Virus record (IMG/VR): IMGVR_UViG_3300027917_004314
Length of the DNA stretch: 64,000 nt
Reading direction: 5' to 3' (one strand)
Origin: a virus
Lineage: Duplodnaviria; Caudoviricetes
The notes under the pieces: model-generated
What the model was told of the DNA's origin: nothing
The model's input: the letters and a program-made list of their open reading frames with translations, nothing else
Databases searched by the model: none
In this document: in pieces, positions 20,651 to 30,169 of the stretch
Numbering within the stretch: the first letter of the stretch is position 1
Layout: every line of letters begins with the position of its first letter
Position numbers and translations under genes: made by a program

Positions 20651-21782
20651 TTTAGAGTCCATATGGACACAGATGGAAAAGCTTTATGGTGATGACGGCT
20701 TGGCAGAAATAGAGGATATAGAGTCATTGCCATCTGGAAGTTATGCACTAGACGATGTCCTAGGCCTTTGGGGCAATGCAAGGGGCAGGTTGGTACAATA
20801 CGCTGGCAAAAAAAGTAGCGGCAAAACGCTAATGAGTCTGATGGCCGTAAAGGAATGGCAGAAACTAAACCCTAAGAATTGGGCTTATTTCATTGATGCG
20901 GAATGTACATTTGACAAATCGTGGGCGCAGAAACTTGGTGTTGACACCAGTCCAGCTAGACTGCGCATTTTGAAATCGAATAATGGTGCTGAGATTTTTG
21001 AGAAGCTGTGTGGAGTGCCACACAAAGAACCCGGCAAGTCTAAAGTTAAGCCTGGATTACTAGACATCATTAAAGAAAGAGGTGGTGCCGATACAACCGG
21101 ACTTGGCATTATAGTTCTAGACAGCATTGCAGCAGTAGCCCCACCGTTAGAAATGGCCAGTAGGTCTGGAAAGAGCAACATGGCCTTAATGGCTAGGTTC
21201 CTTCCGCCCGAATTGCGCAAGCTTATACCATTGTTAAGTGAAACTGGTGTAATGTTTATAGCGATTAATCAAGTGCGTACTAATCCAGGACAGTTGTATG
21301 GGGATCCAACGCAGACTCCTGGTGGAGCGGCATGGGATCATCATTGCTCTACTATGGTACATTTTACCATGCGAGAGGCAAAGGATGCAAAGATAATTGG
21401 TGACGAGGGCGTACCAATTGGGCATATTGTAATGGCAAGAATAGATAAAAATAAAGCTGCGCCTCCTTTTAGAAAGTGTGAATTCAGAGTAAAATACACC
21501 GAAGGCGTTGTAGATAGACATATAGAGATAGGACAGCTGGCCATACAATATGGTGTAGTAGAGCGCCCAAACAACCGTGTATATCTATATGGCGGGGACA
21601 AATATATAGGAAAAGACAATTTCTTTGATGCAATCAGGGCAAATGGATTATCATCGGAATTGTTTGGTAAAGTTAAAGAAGCTAAAGAATCTGGCGTTTC
21701 AGTTAGAAAAGACAATGTTGAAGCGGCCGAGGAAGAACAATGGGCCGATGTATCACCATCGGACGTCATAGAGGAGGAATAA
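20631..21782 (+). CDS. recA: RecA/UvsX recombinase
   Basis: [48 protein letters not shown]. Confidence 0.93.
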   Translation: MAKKQDNLESIWTQMEKLYGDDGLAEIEDIESLPSGSYALDDVLGLWGNARGRLVQYAGKKSSGKTLMSLMAVKEWQKLNPKNWAYFIDAECTFDKSWAQKLGVDTSPARLRILKSNNGAEIFEKLCGVPHKEPGKSKVKPGLLDIIKERGGADTTGLGIIVLDSIAAVAPPLEMASRSGKSNMALMARFLPPELRKLIPLLSETGVMFIAINQVRTNPGQLYGDPTQTPGGAAWDHHCSTMVHFTMREAKDAKIIGDEGVPIGHIVMARIDKNKAAPPFRKCEFRVKYTEGVVDRHIEIGQLAIQYGVVERPNNRVYLYGGDKYIGKDNFFDAIRANGLSSELFGKVKEAKESGVSVRKDNVEAAEEEQWADVSPSDVIEEE

Positions 21783-22109
21783 ATGCTTATAAATTGTACG
21801 ACAAAAGGATGTCTACAGCAAACTGAAGCAAAACTTAACAGGGACACTGGAGAGGTTATCTGCGATAGTTGTGGCAATCCGATCTCCAACATCACTTCAT
21901 TTACTAAGAAAGCCCTTAACAGTGTAGGACAAGTGCTTCGTAATCAAACCAAGAAAGCATTTCAGGCTCTTTGCAACCAATGTAAAGTTCACAGAGAGCT
22001 TTACATCGAGGGAGACAAGGCGTATTGCAAGACTTGTGGTTCACACGTACCTATTAGCGCCGCGTTTCTGAAAGGCCTAAAGCTTCATTTGAGCCAAGAA
22101 AAGGAATAA
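21783..22109 (+). CDS. Small double Zn-ribbon protein
   Basis: CTTKGC, CDSC, CNQC, CKTC. Confidence 0.65.
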   Translation: MLINCTTKGCLQQTEAKLNRDTGEVICDSCGNPISNITSFTKKALNSVGQVLRNQTKKAFQALCNQCKVHRELYIEGDKAYCKTCGSHVPISAAFLKGLKLHLSQEKE

Positions 22110-22111
22110 AT

Positions 22112-22882
22112 GTGGACAGCAGTGCAAGTAAGATTTTTGCACGGGTAGCAAAATTTTGCCACGGACGCCTCTTGAAAAATGAAGAGGTGATGGCATATCT
22201 GCTCGAAAACAGGCAAATACAAAAAGAGTTCATAGATAAGTTTCAAATAGGGCTGTTTCCTCAAGATTTAAGAGAACTTTTCGAGAAAGAGGATCCCAAG
22301 CAACTAAGAGAATTAGATATAATATATCACGCCTCATATAGCAGATTTAAGACTCAAGACCTTGTTATGCCAATTAGAGATGTCTACGGGAACTATATAG
22401 CCATTGCTGGTAGGACCAGATTACCAGAAAAAGAGCGTGGTGGTATACCTAAATATATGAATTCCATATATAAGAAAAGCCACCACCTTTTTGGCCTAAA
22501 CTTTGCCAAGAGAGATATCTTGAAAAAAGGAATAGTATATGTAGTAGAAGGGTACTTTGATGTTATCGCATCTCATCAGAACGGGATGGGTAATGTGGTG
22601 GCAGTTTGTGGTAAATACCTGTCTACTAGGCATATAGCATTGCTATCTAGATATACAGATCGTATCACGCTGTTATTTGATAATGAGGAAGAAGCGCAAC
22701 AGCGAGCCAAGAATATTGTTGATAAAAAACAATATAACGGCATAATGCTTACCGCCGCTAATCCTTTTCCGAGTGATGTCAAAGATATAGATGATTATTT
22801 CCTGGAGCACTCTGTCGAAGAATTAATGGCAACCTTGAAGTCGGAAGGAGACTATGGTAGTATTAGACCCTTATGGGAATGA
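22112..22882 (+). CDS. dnaG: DNA primase DnaG catalytic core (RNAP/TOPRIM) lacking the Zn finger
   Basis: PKYMNS, LFGLN, VVEGYFDVI, LLFDNEEE; GTG start with AAGGA RBS. Confidence 0.85.
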   Translation: MDSSASKIFARVAKFCHGRLLKNEEVMAYLLENRQIQKEFIDKFQIGLFPQDLRELFEKEDPKQLRELDIIYHASYSRFKTQDLVMPIRDVYGNYIAIAGRTRLPEKERGGIPKYMNSIYKKSHHLFGLNFAKRDILKKGIVYVVEGYFDVIASHQNGMGNVVAVCGKYLSTRHIALLSRYTDRITLLFDNEEEAQQRAKNIVDKKQYNGIMLTAANPFPSDVKDIDDYFLEHSVEELMATLKSEGDYGSIRPLWE

Positions 22883-22904
22883 CAAGTCAACAGAGGTGTC
22901 GTGT

Positions 22905-23348
22905 ATGGCGCGCAGACGCAACAAATCTGATTCTTACCAGTATAAAATCGTCGAGATAGCTGTGGACCCAAATGTTATGAATGATCTTCCATTTATGGAC
23001 AGTTTGGGTTCGCAGCTTAACTTGGCTAAGTATTCTGAGAGGTTCTACGAATTGAGGCAACAATTGTTAAAAGAGGTGTTAAGGATAATCAAGACGGACC
23101 TTACAGAAAGACAATGTGAGGTCGTGACGTTAAGATTACAAGGGCTAACGCAAATACAGATCGCAGAACAGCTTGGAATACACCAAACAACGGTTCATAA
23201 GCTCCTGATGGGCAATATAGACTACGCAAACGGCAAGAAACGCTATGGAGGAGCCATTAAAAAGTTAAAGAAAATCTGTTATAAAGACGAAAAAGTACTG
23301 AAAATACTCGAAGAAATGGATGATATAAGGGCCAAGGATGATGAATAG
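22905..23348 (+). CDS. Sigma70 region-4 / HTH DNA-binding protein
   Basis: LTERQCEVVTLRLQGLTQIQIAEQLGIHQTTVHK; GAGGTG RBS before ATG 22905. Confidence 0.75.
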   Translation: MARRRNKSDSYQYKIVEIAVDPNVMNDLPFMDSLGSQLNLAKYSERFYELRQQLLKEVLRIIKTDLTERQCEVVTLRLQGLTQIQIAEQLGIHQTTVHKLLMGNIDYANGKKRYGGAIKKLKKICYKDEKVLKILEEMDDIRAKDDE

Positions 23349-23652
23349 AAACGAAGTATATACTCTTGTATACAGGGGTAATTTTGGATCCGTGAATTTC
23401 ATGTGTTTTATTGATAGAGAAAAAATGAAAAGAGAAATGTTGAGGCATCTGGGAAAAGGAGACGATTGCTATATAGTCCCTGGAGTGGTTGAACTTGTCG
23501 ATTTCAATGTTAGACATGACGAAGATGGCCATATCCAGAGTGTCCATATGGAGGATGAGCCAGATTATGTTGTGCCGACTAGAGTTGCTACCGTCGTAAT
23601 TGGCAAGGGATTGGCTGACTATCCCGACGAAAATAGGAAATGCTCACAATAG
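23338..23652 (+). CDS. Hypothetical protein
   Basis: Overlapping coupled ORF. Confidence 0.55.
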   Translation: MMNRNEVYTLVYRGNFGSVNFMCFIDREKMKREMLRHLGKGDDCYIVPGVVELVDFNVRHDEDGHIQSVHMEDEPDYVVPTRVATVVIGKGLADYPDENRKCSQ

Positions 23653-23837
23653 AATTAGTATCTGATTCAGAAGTTTTTGAATATGGCCCGGGACAAAGCG
23701 TATTGGTGTACGTAAATGAAAAGCAATTTATACAAGTCATGGTGGCTAAAGTGCTAAACTGCACTTTCTTTTATATCCATATTAACGGTAAAAAGGAAAA
23801 GATTAATAAAGTCAGAATTATATACAAAGCCGTATAG
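23640..23837 (+). CDS. Small hypothetical protein
   Basis: Overlapping coupled ORF before the terminator. Confidence 0.5.
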   Translation: MLTIELVSDSEVFEYGPGQSVLVYVNEKQFIQVMVAKVLNCTFFYIHINGKKEKINKVRIIYKAV

Positions 23838-23862
23838 TTCTCTGAGTATGAGATTATACTGA

Positions 23863-23893
23863 AGCCCAGGATTCCTTTTGGGCTCTTTTTTTT
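23863..23893 (+). terminator. Rho-independent terminator ending the replication module
   Basis: AGCCCA/TGGGCT stem followed by T8. Confidence 0.75.
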
Positions 23894-24021
23894 GTTCCGC
23901 ATATTTTTATATAAATGGGATTAGTGCGTCTATTTTAATAGACGACTCAGTGCGTCATTTTAATAATTTCGGGCACTTGCGTATCTTTTCTCTAACATTT
24001 CACATACTTAAGTAATAAGTT

Positions 24022-24030
24022 TGTTATAAT
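24022..24030 (+). promoter_or_regulatory. Extended -10 promoter (TGTTATAAT)
   Basis: Perfect TGn-TATAAT in the AT-rich gap upstream of the head module. Confidence 0.5.
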
Positions 24031-24183
24031 ATATTTTATATCTGCCATCTTATTATCCCATCTTAGCATCTCTTGTCTACATTTCACTCTCTTGTTTCTA
24101 TCAATACATTGACATTATTGGTGAATGTGTTTTTTAACACTACACTTGTACGCTTAGCAAAGCTAATCTTGGAGGCTATGCAT

Positions 24184-25341
24184 ATGGAGAAATTTACGAT
24201 AGATCTCTCGGAAATCCAAAATATTATAGACGCGAACGATCAGACAAACAGGTTGCCCGTAGAGGGCAATGAACACCGGATGATCAGGGTGGCTTTTGAC
24301 TTTTTTCGTTTAAAAGGTGACGAGGCAGATGACCTATGGCAAGTACAGTCTTCTGACGACGGCGAATTTCTTGTTCGTACCTATTCTTTACCAGACGAAG
24401 AAGAAGACCGAGCCAAAACATCTTCTTGGTCTGTCTTCGCTGATAAAGACTGTGCAAATCTTACGATAGCCTACCAAGGTGTGCCGATTACCAGACTGGC
24501 AGCAGAGGATTATGGAGCAGAAACCCCTGAGGATGGAAAAATTCTTCAGGGTATTCTTTTTAATAGACTATCTACAGACAGCAATTTTGTGCAGAATTTA
24601 ATTGCCAGTTTACCAGAATCAAAAAGAGAGGCTTTTAAAACCATTCTCTCAAAATACTCTGACTATCAAGAATATTTTGAGACCAAGATGGAGGCCGCCG
24701 GAGTTTCTGACCCGTCTGAAATTCCAGAAGAACAAAGGAAAGAGTTTTGGGAAGAAGTGGATGAAGGATGGGAAGCAGAGCAAGAAGCGGACGGCCCATT
24801 GTTAATGGAACAAAAAGTTGAACAATGGAAACAGATGTCTCCCAAAGATAAATCTTTAGTCATCCCTGGCTGGGAAGAAATGACATATAGACAGCTGATG
24901 GGAGAAGTTGGCAAGCTTCCGGTGGTTACGCCGGGGGAAGTGAAGGTCACGCCTACTGCTCGCCAAGAGAAATGGATGCAGGAGCAAGAGCGTAGACGCA
25001 AAGAGATAGCTAGGCAATGGGCTGAAAAGGTTAAGAGGCAGCGTGCTATGAAAGAGATGATGAAGAGCGTTAGAACTACCGATCCTTTGGGCGGATTGGA
25101 AGCCGAACCTTTCAAAGCAGATGATGTAGATCCTGTTCTTGCCGCCATGGAAGAACGAATGCGCAAACAGGCAGAAGAAGAAACTTGTCCGCAGTGCAAG
25201 AAAGACCTAGAAGAGTGTAAATGCGAAAATGTTTTTTGGAACATTTGTCCAGAGTGTGTTGAGCCATGGTGGAAGTGTAAATGTAGATGCGACAAATGTA
25301 GGAAGCCATATAGAGATTGTAGATGCTATAAGATGATGTAA
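24184..25341 (+). CDS. Hypothetical protein with C-terminal Cys-rich triple repeat
   Basis: GGAGG RBS 8 nt before ATG 24184; C-terminus CPQC..ECKC / CPEC..KCKC / CDKC..DCRC. Confidence 0.7.
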   Translation: MEKFTIDLSEIQNIIDANDQTNRLPVEGNEHRMIRVAFDFFRLKGDEADDLWQVQSSDDGEFLVRTYSLPDEEEDRAKTSSWSVFADKDCANLTIAYQGVPITRLAAEDYGAETPEDGKILQGILFNRLSTDSNFVQNLIASLPESKREAFKTILSKYSDYQEYFETKMEAAGVSDPSEIPEEQRKEFWEEVDEGWEAEQEADGPLLMEQKVEQWKQMSPKDKSLVIPGWEEMTYRQLMGEVGKLPVVTPGEVKVTPTARQEKWMQEQERRRKEIARQWAEKVKRQRAMKEMMKSVRTTDPLGGLEAEPFKADDVDPVLAAMEERMRKQAEEETCPQCKKDLEECKCENVFWNICPECVEPWWKCKCRCDKCRKPYRDCRCYKMM

Positions 25342-25363
25342 ATATAATTGGAGGCGATTTATA

Positions 25364-27037
25364 ATGACTAATTTTGGTGCTCTCAAAAGTCAGGCAGAAC
25401 TTTTGCTAGCGAAATTAGAACAGGGGAAACATTATAAAATTGGCGATCTTAATGCAAGACTGCAGCAAGCGGCCGATGAAAATCCGCAGGATGTTGTAAT
25501 AAAATCGGTAGCTAGCGTTATAGAGGACGCCTATAATAAAAATCCTGTGGCTCTGGTGAGCCAGGGGGATATGGAGAAACTTTACAACGAGTTGGTTGGC
25601 CTTAATGCAACGGGCACACGATTTCGGGAGGTTTTAGGAGACCTCCTATTATCTGAGATATCTGAAAGAGATGTCACTAATGCTGGCCATGTGAATAGTC
25701 TGCGTGATCCAGAGACTAAAGCTATTGGATACGATGTAGACGAAGAGGTTAAAACGGGGTTGGATCAACTATTTCAGATTGGATCTGATAGGTATAATCC
25801 TCAACTTGCTGCGGGTGCCAAACAAAAGGTTGAACTTGAGTTGAGATATCTAGGATTTGACAACTCCAGGGTCCGACTTGCTGGTGGAAATTCTCGATTT
25901 CTAATATTTGCTGCAGATTTAGACACAAATCGTGGTGCTATTAGGGTTTATGTACCGGCAGAGTCTTCTGGGACCAAATTCCCAAGTATCTTTGTGGCTG
26001 GGGACAGGTTTAAGGATTTGACCGCCATAGACTTAAAGGCACATTTAGAAAGAGCATCATACCATGATATTCGGCTGCCAAAAGTTTCTTCTATTCTATA
26101 TTCATTGGATCTAGCAATCAAAGCAAATCAACAAGATGTTTCTGAGGAAGATTTTAGTAAAGTTGTGTCGGCTATGCCACAAGAAAACGGGAGCGAAGGG
26201 GTCTCGAGTCCTGGTCTTTTTGCTAATCTGCCTGATCAAAAAGACAATATTAAAGACATTGAAATCCCGGTAACACCAGTTCCAAGGGAATTGAAAGTTG
26301 TTGCCTCCGACCTTGAGGAAAGTGTTATGGAAGCTGCCGTTGGATATCCACAAGCTGCTGTACGACTGGCTAAAAGAATGATTATAGCAGAGCTTATGTC
26401 TATGGGATTTAAGGGATCGCAGATCAGAGTGGCGTCCCCAACCCATGATGGTTTTATTTGCGAAGCTACATTGAACACACCGAAAGGTAAATTCAACATA
26501 GAGGTTCCAATTGAAATGAGCGGAAATGTTCCACTTCTACCTACCGTTTTTGCTAAAAACGATTATGTTGCAAAGTTTAATGCCGCAAACCTACATGCCT
26601 TAGCCATGCAAGAGGCTGGATCTGCCGATGTGTCAGTTAATCGCGACGCTGAACTATATGCCATGTCGCTTTATGAACTTAAAGATGTGGTTGTACGTGC
26701 TGCAGCTAACAAAGAATTTGATATATGTGATGAAGTTATGGAAATCGTATCTCAAAGGTTTGATGCAGATACATATCGTTCTGTCGTAGCAGACTATCAA
26801 GCTGCACTTGCGGGTGTTGAGCAATCGCGAGAGAACCTAAAGCGATCTTTCGATGACAGCGATCAGTTTGTTCGTACGCCTAATTCGTTGTACCCCATCC
26901 ATAAAAAGTTGGGGTTGCCAGCGCATGAGTTAGTGAGGGATGAAAATGGAACGTATCATAAAAAATCCACTTATAAGGCGCAGAAGGAAGCTGAAGGAGG
27001 CTTCTTTAGCACTGCTAAAGTACTAGTAGGTGACTAA
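25364..27037 (+). CDS. Hypothetical head-module protein (557 aa)
   Basis: Long ORF with GGAGG RBS; no motif recognised. Confidence 0.7.
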   Translation: MTNFGALKSQAELLLAKLEQGKHYKIGDLNARLQQAADENPQDVVIKSVASVIEDAYNKNPVALVSQGDMEKLYNELVGLNATGTRFREVLGDLLLSEISERDVTNAGHVNSLRDPETKAIGYDVDEEVKTGLDQLFQIGSDRYNPQLAAGAKQKVELELRYLGFDNSRVRLAGGNSRFLIFAADLDTNRGAIRVYVPAESSGTKFPSIFVAGDRFKDLTAIDLKAHLERASYHDIRLPKVSSILYSLDLAIKANQQDVSEEDFSKVVSAMPQENGSEGVSSPGLFANLPDQKDNIKDIEIPVTPVPRELKVVASDLEESVMEAAVGYPQAAVRLAKRMIIAELMSMGFKGSQIRVASPTHDGFICEATLNTPKGKFNIEVPIEMSGNVPLLPTVFAKNDYVAKFNAANLHALAMQEAGSADVSVNRDAELYAMSLYELKDVVVRAAANKEFDICDEVMEIVSQRFDADTYRSVVADYQAALAGVEQSRENLKRSFDDSDQFVRTPNSLYPIHKKLGLPAHELVRDENGTYHKKSTYKAQKEAEGGFFSTAKVLVGD

Positions 27038-27040
27038 ACA

Positions 27041-27808
27041 ATGTCGTACAAATTAGCGCAATCAGCAGGCGAGGGCACTGTAACTGTAGAGGATATAAGG
27101 AAAACCCCATACTATCAACCAACGCAAACCGAGAGAAATCTAAGTAATGCTCATGCTTACATTCTATCTTTGGTTAGAGCGCTACGACATAGAGATTCAA
27201 GAATTAGGGAACAAGCACTTGTTGGGCTTGAAAAATACATGCAACCGTTCGGAGATTTGGTAAATAGAATAATCCGTGGGGCTTCGTCGGTGGATGAACT
27301 TATTAGTATTGCCGATGATCTAGACAAAATGGGAGAACACCGGCTGGCCGATAAAGTTGATAATATATTGAAAATTAATCAGTTTAAGGAAGCTGAATCT
27401 AATGTATTACGCTTGACAAAGATCGCTAACTATATGGACAGTATTGGGTTATATAAAGCGGCTGATAATATTGATGAAGCTCTAGAGTATGGATTTTTTC
27501 CAAGAGAAAGAGTTTCTGGAGAGGAATCAAAGGAACCTGAGCCAGTGCAGCCTCCGCGCGAAGGGTCTTTATCTACTAGATATTGCCCTGACCACATAGG
27601 AGTGCAAGCAGCTCGCATTTCCGAACGCGCATATCAGTGTCCAATTGATGGAAAGGTTTACAACTACGAATTAGGTTATGAAAATTATCAAGGACAAAAA
27701 GTCCCGGGCGGAAGTGTAGCGGCACAAACTCCAACTAGCAGCGATTATGGCGGCATTCCTATGAGGATATATGATAGCCGTCAGTCAATTCTGAATAAAG
27801 TAAATTAA
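27041..27808 (+). CDS. Hypothetical protein with two copies of the helical LxxxAxxLDxxG motif and a C-terminal Cys/His site
   Basis: ISIADDLDKMGEHRLADKVD, TKIANYMDSIGLYKAADNID, CPDH...CPID. Confidence 0.7.
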   Translation: MSYKLAQSAGEGTVTVEDIRKTPYYQPTQTERNLSNAHAYILSLVRALRHRDSRIREQALVGLEKYMQPFGDLVNRIIRGASSVDELISIADDLDKMGEHRLADKVDNILKINQFKEAESNVLRLTKIANYMDSIGLYKAADNIDEALEYGFFPRERVSGEESKEPEPVQPPREGSLSTRYCPDHIGVQAARISERAYQCPIDGKVYNYELGYENYQGQKVPGGSVAAQTPTSSDYGGIPMRIYDSRQSILNKVN

Positions 27809-27825
27809 TAATAAAAAGGTGTTTC

Positions 27826-27880
27826 CGCCCGATAGATCCTCGCAAATCAAAATACGAGCATCTATACGGGCGTTTTCTTT
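27826..27880 (+). terminator. Long interrupted hairpin plus T-rich tail
   Basis: CGCCCG/CGGGCG, ATAGAT/ATCTAT, CTCG/CGAG (16 bp), then TTTTCTTT. Confidence 0.65.
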
Positions 27881-27891
27881 GAAGGTGTTTA

Positions 27892-28644
27892 ATGTCATTT
27901 AGAAAAATACTCTCTCATCCAAATAGGACAATGATAATACGGATGTTGACCCAAGGTCAGGGAGTTAGGGCAGTCGCAAAGGCGGTTAAAGAATTACATC
28001 CAAGTGATAGGAAGTTGCACGTGTCAGTGCCAACTCTACAAAAATTTAGGAAAGAGAAGCTGAATTTGGATGGAAAAGCTTTGGAAGCAGTAAAACAAGC
28101 TGCTAAAGAAAAAAAAGAGATGAAAGAAGCCAAAAAAGAGGATACCGAGCTTAGAAGGATTCCCATTTATAAGGAGAAGTTGCAAGAGGCGATAGATCTA
28201 CATGTTGATATCCCACAGCAGTTGCGTGAACTTCTGGTTCTAGTAAAGGCGCGTGTTGAGGATCTTTTTGATAAATCGTCCAAGGGCGAGCTGTCCGTAA
28301 ATGAAGAAGCCAATCTTCATAAATATTTTGCTAGCTGGACAGCTACTATTCAACAGTGGGCGAAATACGTAGATAAGATTGCCGAAAGTTCTATAGACGC
28401 GAATATTAACATTACCGTAATTGAGGACCAAGTGTCGGTTATTAGAGAAACAGTGCGCGAAGTTTTAGAAGAGACAGACCCAGATTTAGCCCTAAAATTC
28501 TACGACAGGCTAAGTTCTAAGATGTCAGATCTTACGTACAAGAGAAAAAGAGAAAGTGTTAAAACGATACACACCGAAACCAAGGCGGCTTTAGAGGCGC
28601 ACATTGAGGAGGCAGAAATAGAAGATGCCAATAAATTACGCTGA
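27892..28644 (+). CDS. Hypothetical protein with N-terminal HTH and coiled coil; candidate terminase small subunit
   Basis: HPNRTMIIRMLTQGQGVRAVAKAV...SVPTLQKFR; same module as terL; function weakly inferred. Confidence 0.4.
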   Translation: MSFRKILSHPNRTMIIRMLTQGQGVRAVAKAVKELHPSDRKLHVSVPTLQKFRKEKLNLDGKALEAVKQAAKEKKEMKEAKKEDTELRRIPIYKEKLQEAIDLHVDIPQQLRELLVLVKARVEDLFDKSSKGELSVNEEANLHKYFASWTATIQQWAKYVDKIAESSIDANINITVIEDQVSVIRETVREVLEETDPDLALKFYDRLSSKMSDLTYKRKRESVKTIHTETKAALEAHIEEAEIEDANKLR

Positions 28645-30169
28645 CGATCTCTTAATAAATATGTCCGATGCTGGTATGACTTCTGATTTGCAACAGCTTG
28701 TATATGACGATGCTAGGGCAATGTCGGATGTCGGTGTGGAAAATGACAGGGAAAGAAACCTGTTTTTTTACTTAGACCATTTCTGCGATGATTTGTGCAA
28801 TGAATTCGGATACTCGACTTTTGATGCCAAAGATAGGAACAATATTATTTCCTTGTCTTTCAGATTTTTAAAAGGTAAGGATGATATAGACTTAACTAAA
28901 ATACGTGAAGCAGTATATACGGCGCTAAAGAAAATATTTACAAAAAAGGCCTATCCTAATATAATGGGTGTTCATGAGTCTAACGCAAAACCAAGAAGGG
29001 ATGTGAACAAATGGGTAAAGGCTCTTGGGGAGATATATACAGCCATGAGAGAAGGTAAAACCAGAGAGTCTGCTAGTCAAAAAGTAATGGAGGGATGGAG
29101 CCCAATGGAAAAATTGGATTTTGGTGCATGGGCCAGGTATTATGAATCAAAAGATCATGAGAAATATGGCATTAAGAGAACTGCTGCTCCAGTTGAAATT
29201 CCTACTCTAGAACAAGAAATTCCTCAAGAAACGCCTGAGCAGGTGATCACACCAAAAAAAGGAAAGACTCCAGAAGAGATGAAAGCTGCTCTAATTAGCA
29301 GACTAAATGCCGCTGAGAAACTTTTATATCGGTTTGTTAATGTGTGGCCCAACGATGTGTATAATAGGCTACATCAGGGCTTATCGGATCTAAAACGAGA
29401 AATAATGATACTTAGAAGTGCATCGATGATGCAAGATTGTATCATCAGAACTGCTGGTATGTGGGAGTTAAACGGATTTATAGAAGGCGCCGACATTCTA
29501 AAAAAAGTTGCTCAGCCACCAGAGGACCTGACTTCTCAGATTGAGAGGGCCTTGAGTGGTCGAGAATACGAAGGAAAGCCGGCTGTTCCGGAAGCACCGT
29601 TGCCGCCAGGTGGTGACATGGACTTTGGGGCTGGAGAACCAATGCCGCCGCCCGCAGAGTTGGAAGGTCTAGAAGGGATGGAAGTACCAGTTGGTGCTGG
29701 CGAAGAGCTGCCACCACCAGAAAAGCCACCGGAGTCGCCAAAAGAAAAACTAGAAGAAGAGGAAAAACCTACATTAGACGAAGAGGAAAATCCCTTTGCT
29801 GGTAAAACTGTGCAAGATGTTTTAGAAGTTCTTGAGCCGTTAGCCAAGCAGTTAAGAGAGAGGCAGTTTGTTAGGGCTCTAGCGAAGGCTGATATGATAC
29901 TCGATTCACTGAATATTGCTTCGCATTTCCCAGAATTGGGAGAGGCTACGGCCAAAGCCCTGGAGTTAAATATATATGTAGGTACTAGAATAAACAAGAT
30001 AGTAGAAAAGCTAAAAGGTGGTCTTAGAGAGGGAGAGAAGGAAGAAAAAGAAAAAATGCCGCCAGCTGTAGAGATGGAAGAGTTGGAAACTCCAAAGAAA
30101 AAAGTGGAGGAAGAGGCATTTGAAGTAACTGAAGAAGCCGCGCCAGCGTCTACGCCAAGAGGTAGATAA
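28625..30169 (+). CDS. Hypothetical head-module protein with Pro/Glu-rich linker
   Basis: Long ORF; IIRTAGMWELNGFIEGADILKKVAQ motif variant. Confidence 0.7.
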   Translation: MPINYADDLLINMSDAGMTSDLQQLVYDDARAMSDVGVENDRERNLFFYLDHFCDDLCNEFGYSTFDAKDRNNIISLSFRFLKGKDDIDLTKIREAVYTALKKIFTKKAYPNIMGVHESNAKPRRDVNKWVKALGEIYTAMREGKTRESASQKVMEGWSPMEKLDFGAWARYYESKDHEKYGIKRTAAPVEIPTLEQEIPQETPEQVITPKKGKTPEEMKAALISRLNAAEKLLYRFVNVWPNDVYNRLHQGLSDLKREIMILRSASMMQDCIIRTAGMWELNGFIEGADILKKVAQPPEDLTSQIERALSGREYEGKPAVPEAPLPPGGDMDFGAGEPMPPPAELEGLEGMEVPVGAGEELPPPEKPPESPKEKLEEEEKPTLDEEENPFAGKTVQDVLEVLEPLAKQLRERQFVRALAKADMILDSLNIASHFPELGEATAKALELNIYVGTRINKIVEKLKGGLREGEKEEKEKMPPAVEMEELETPKKKVEEEAFEVTEEAAPASTPRGR

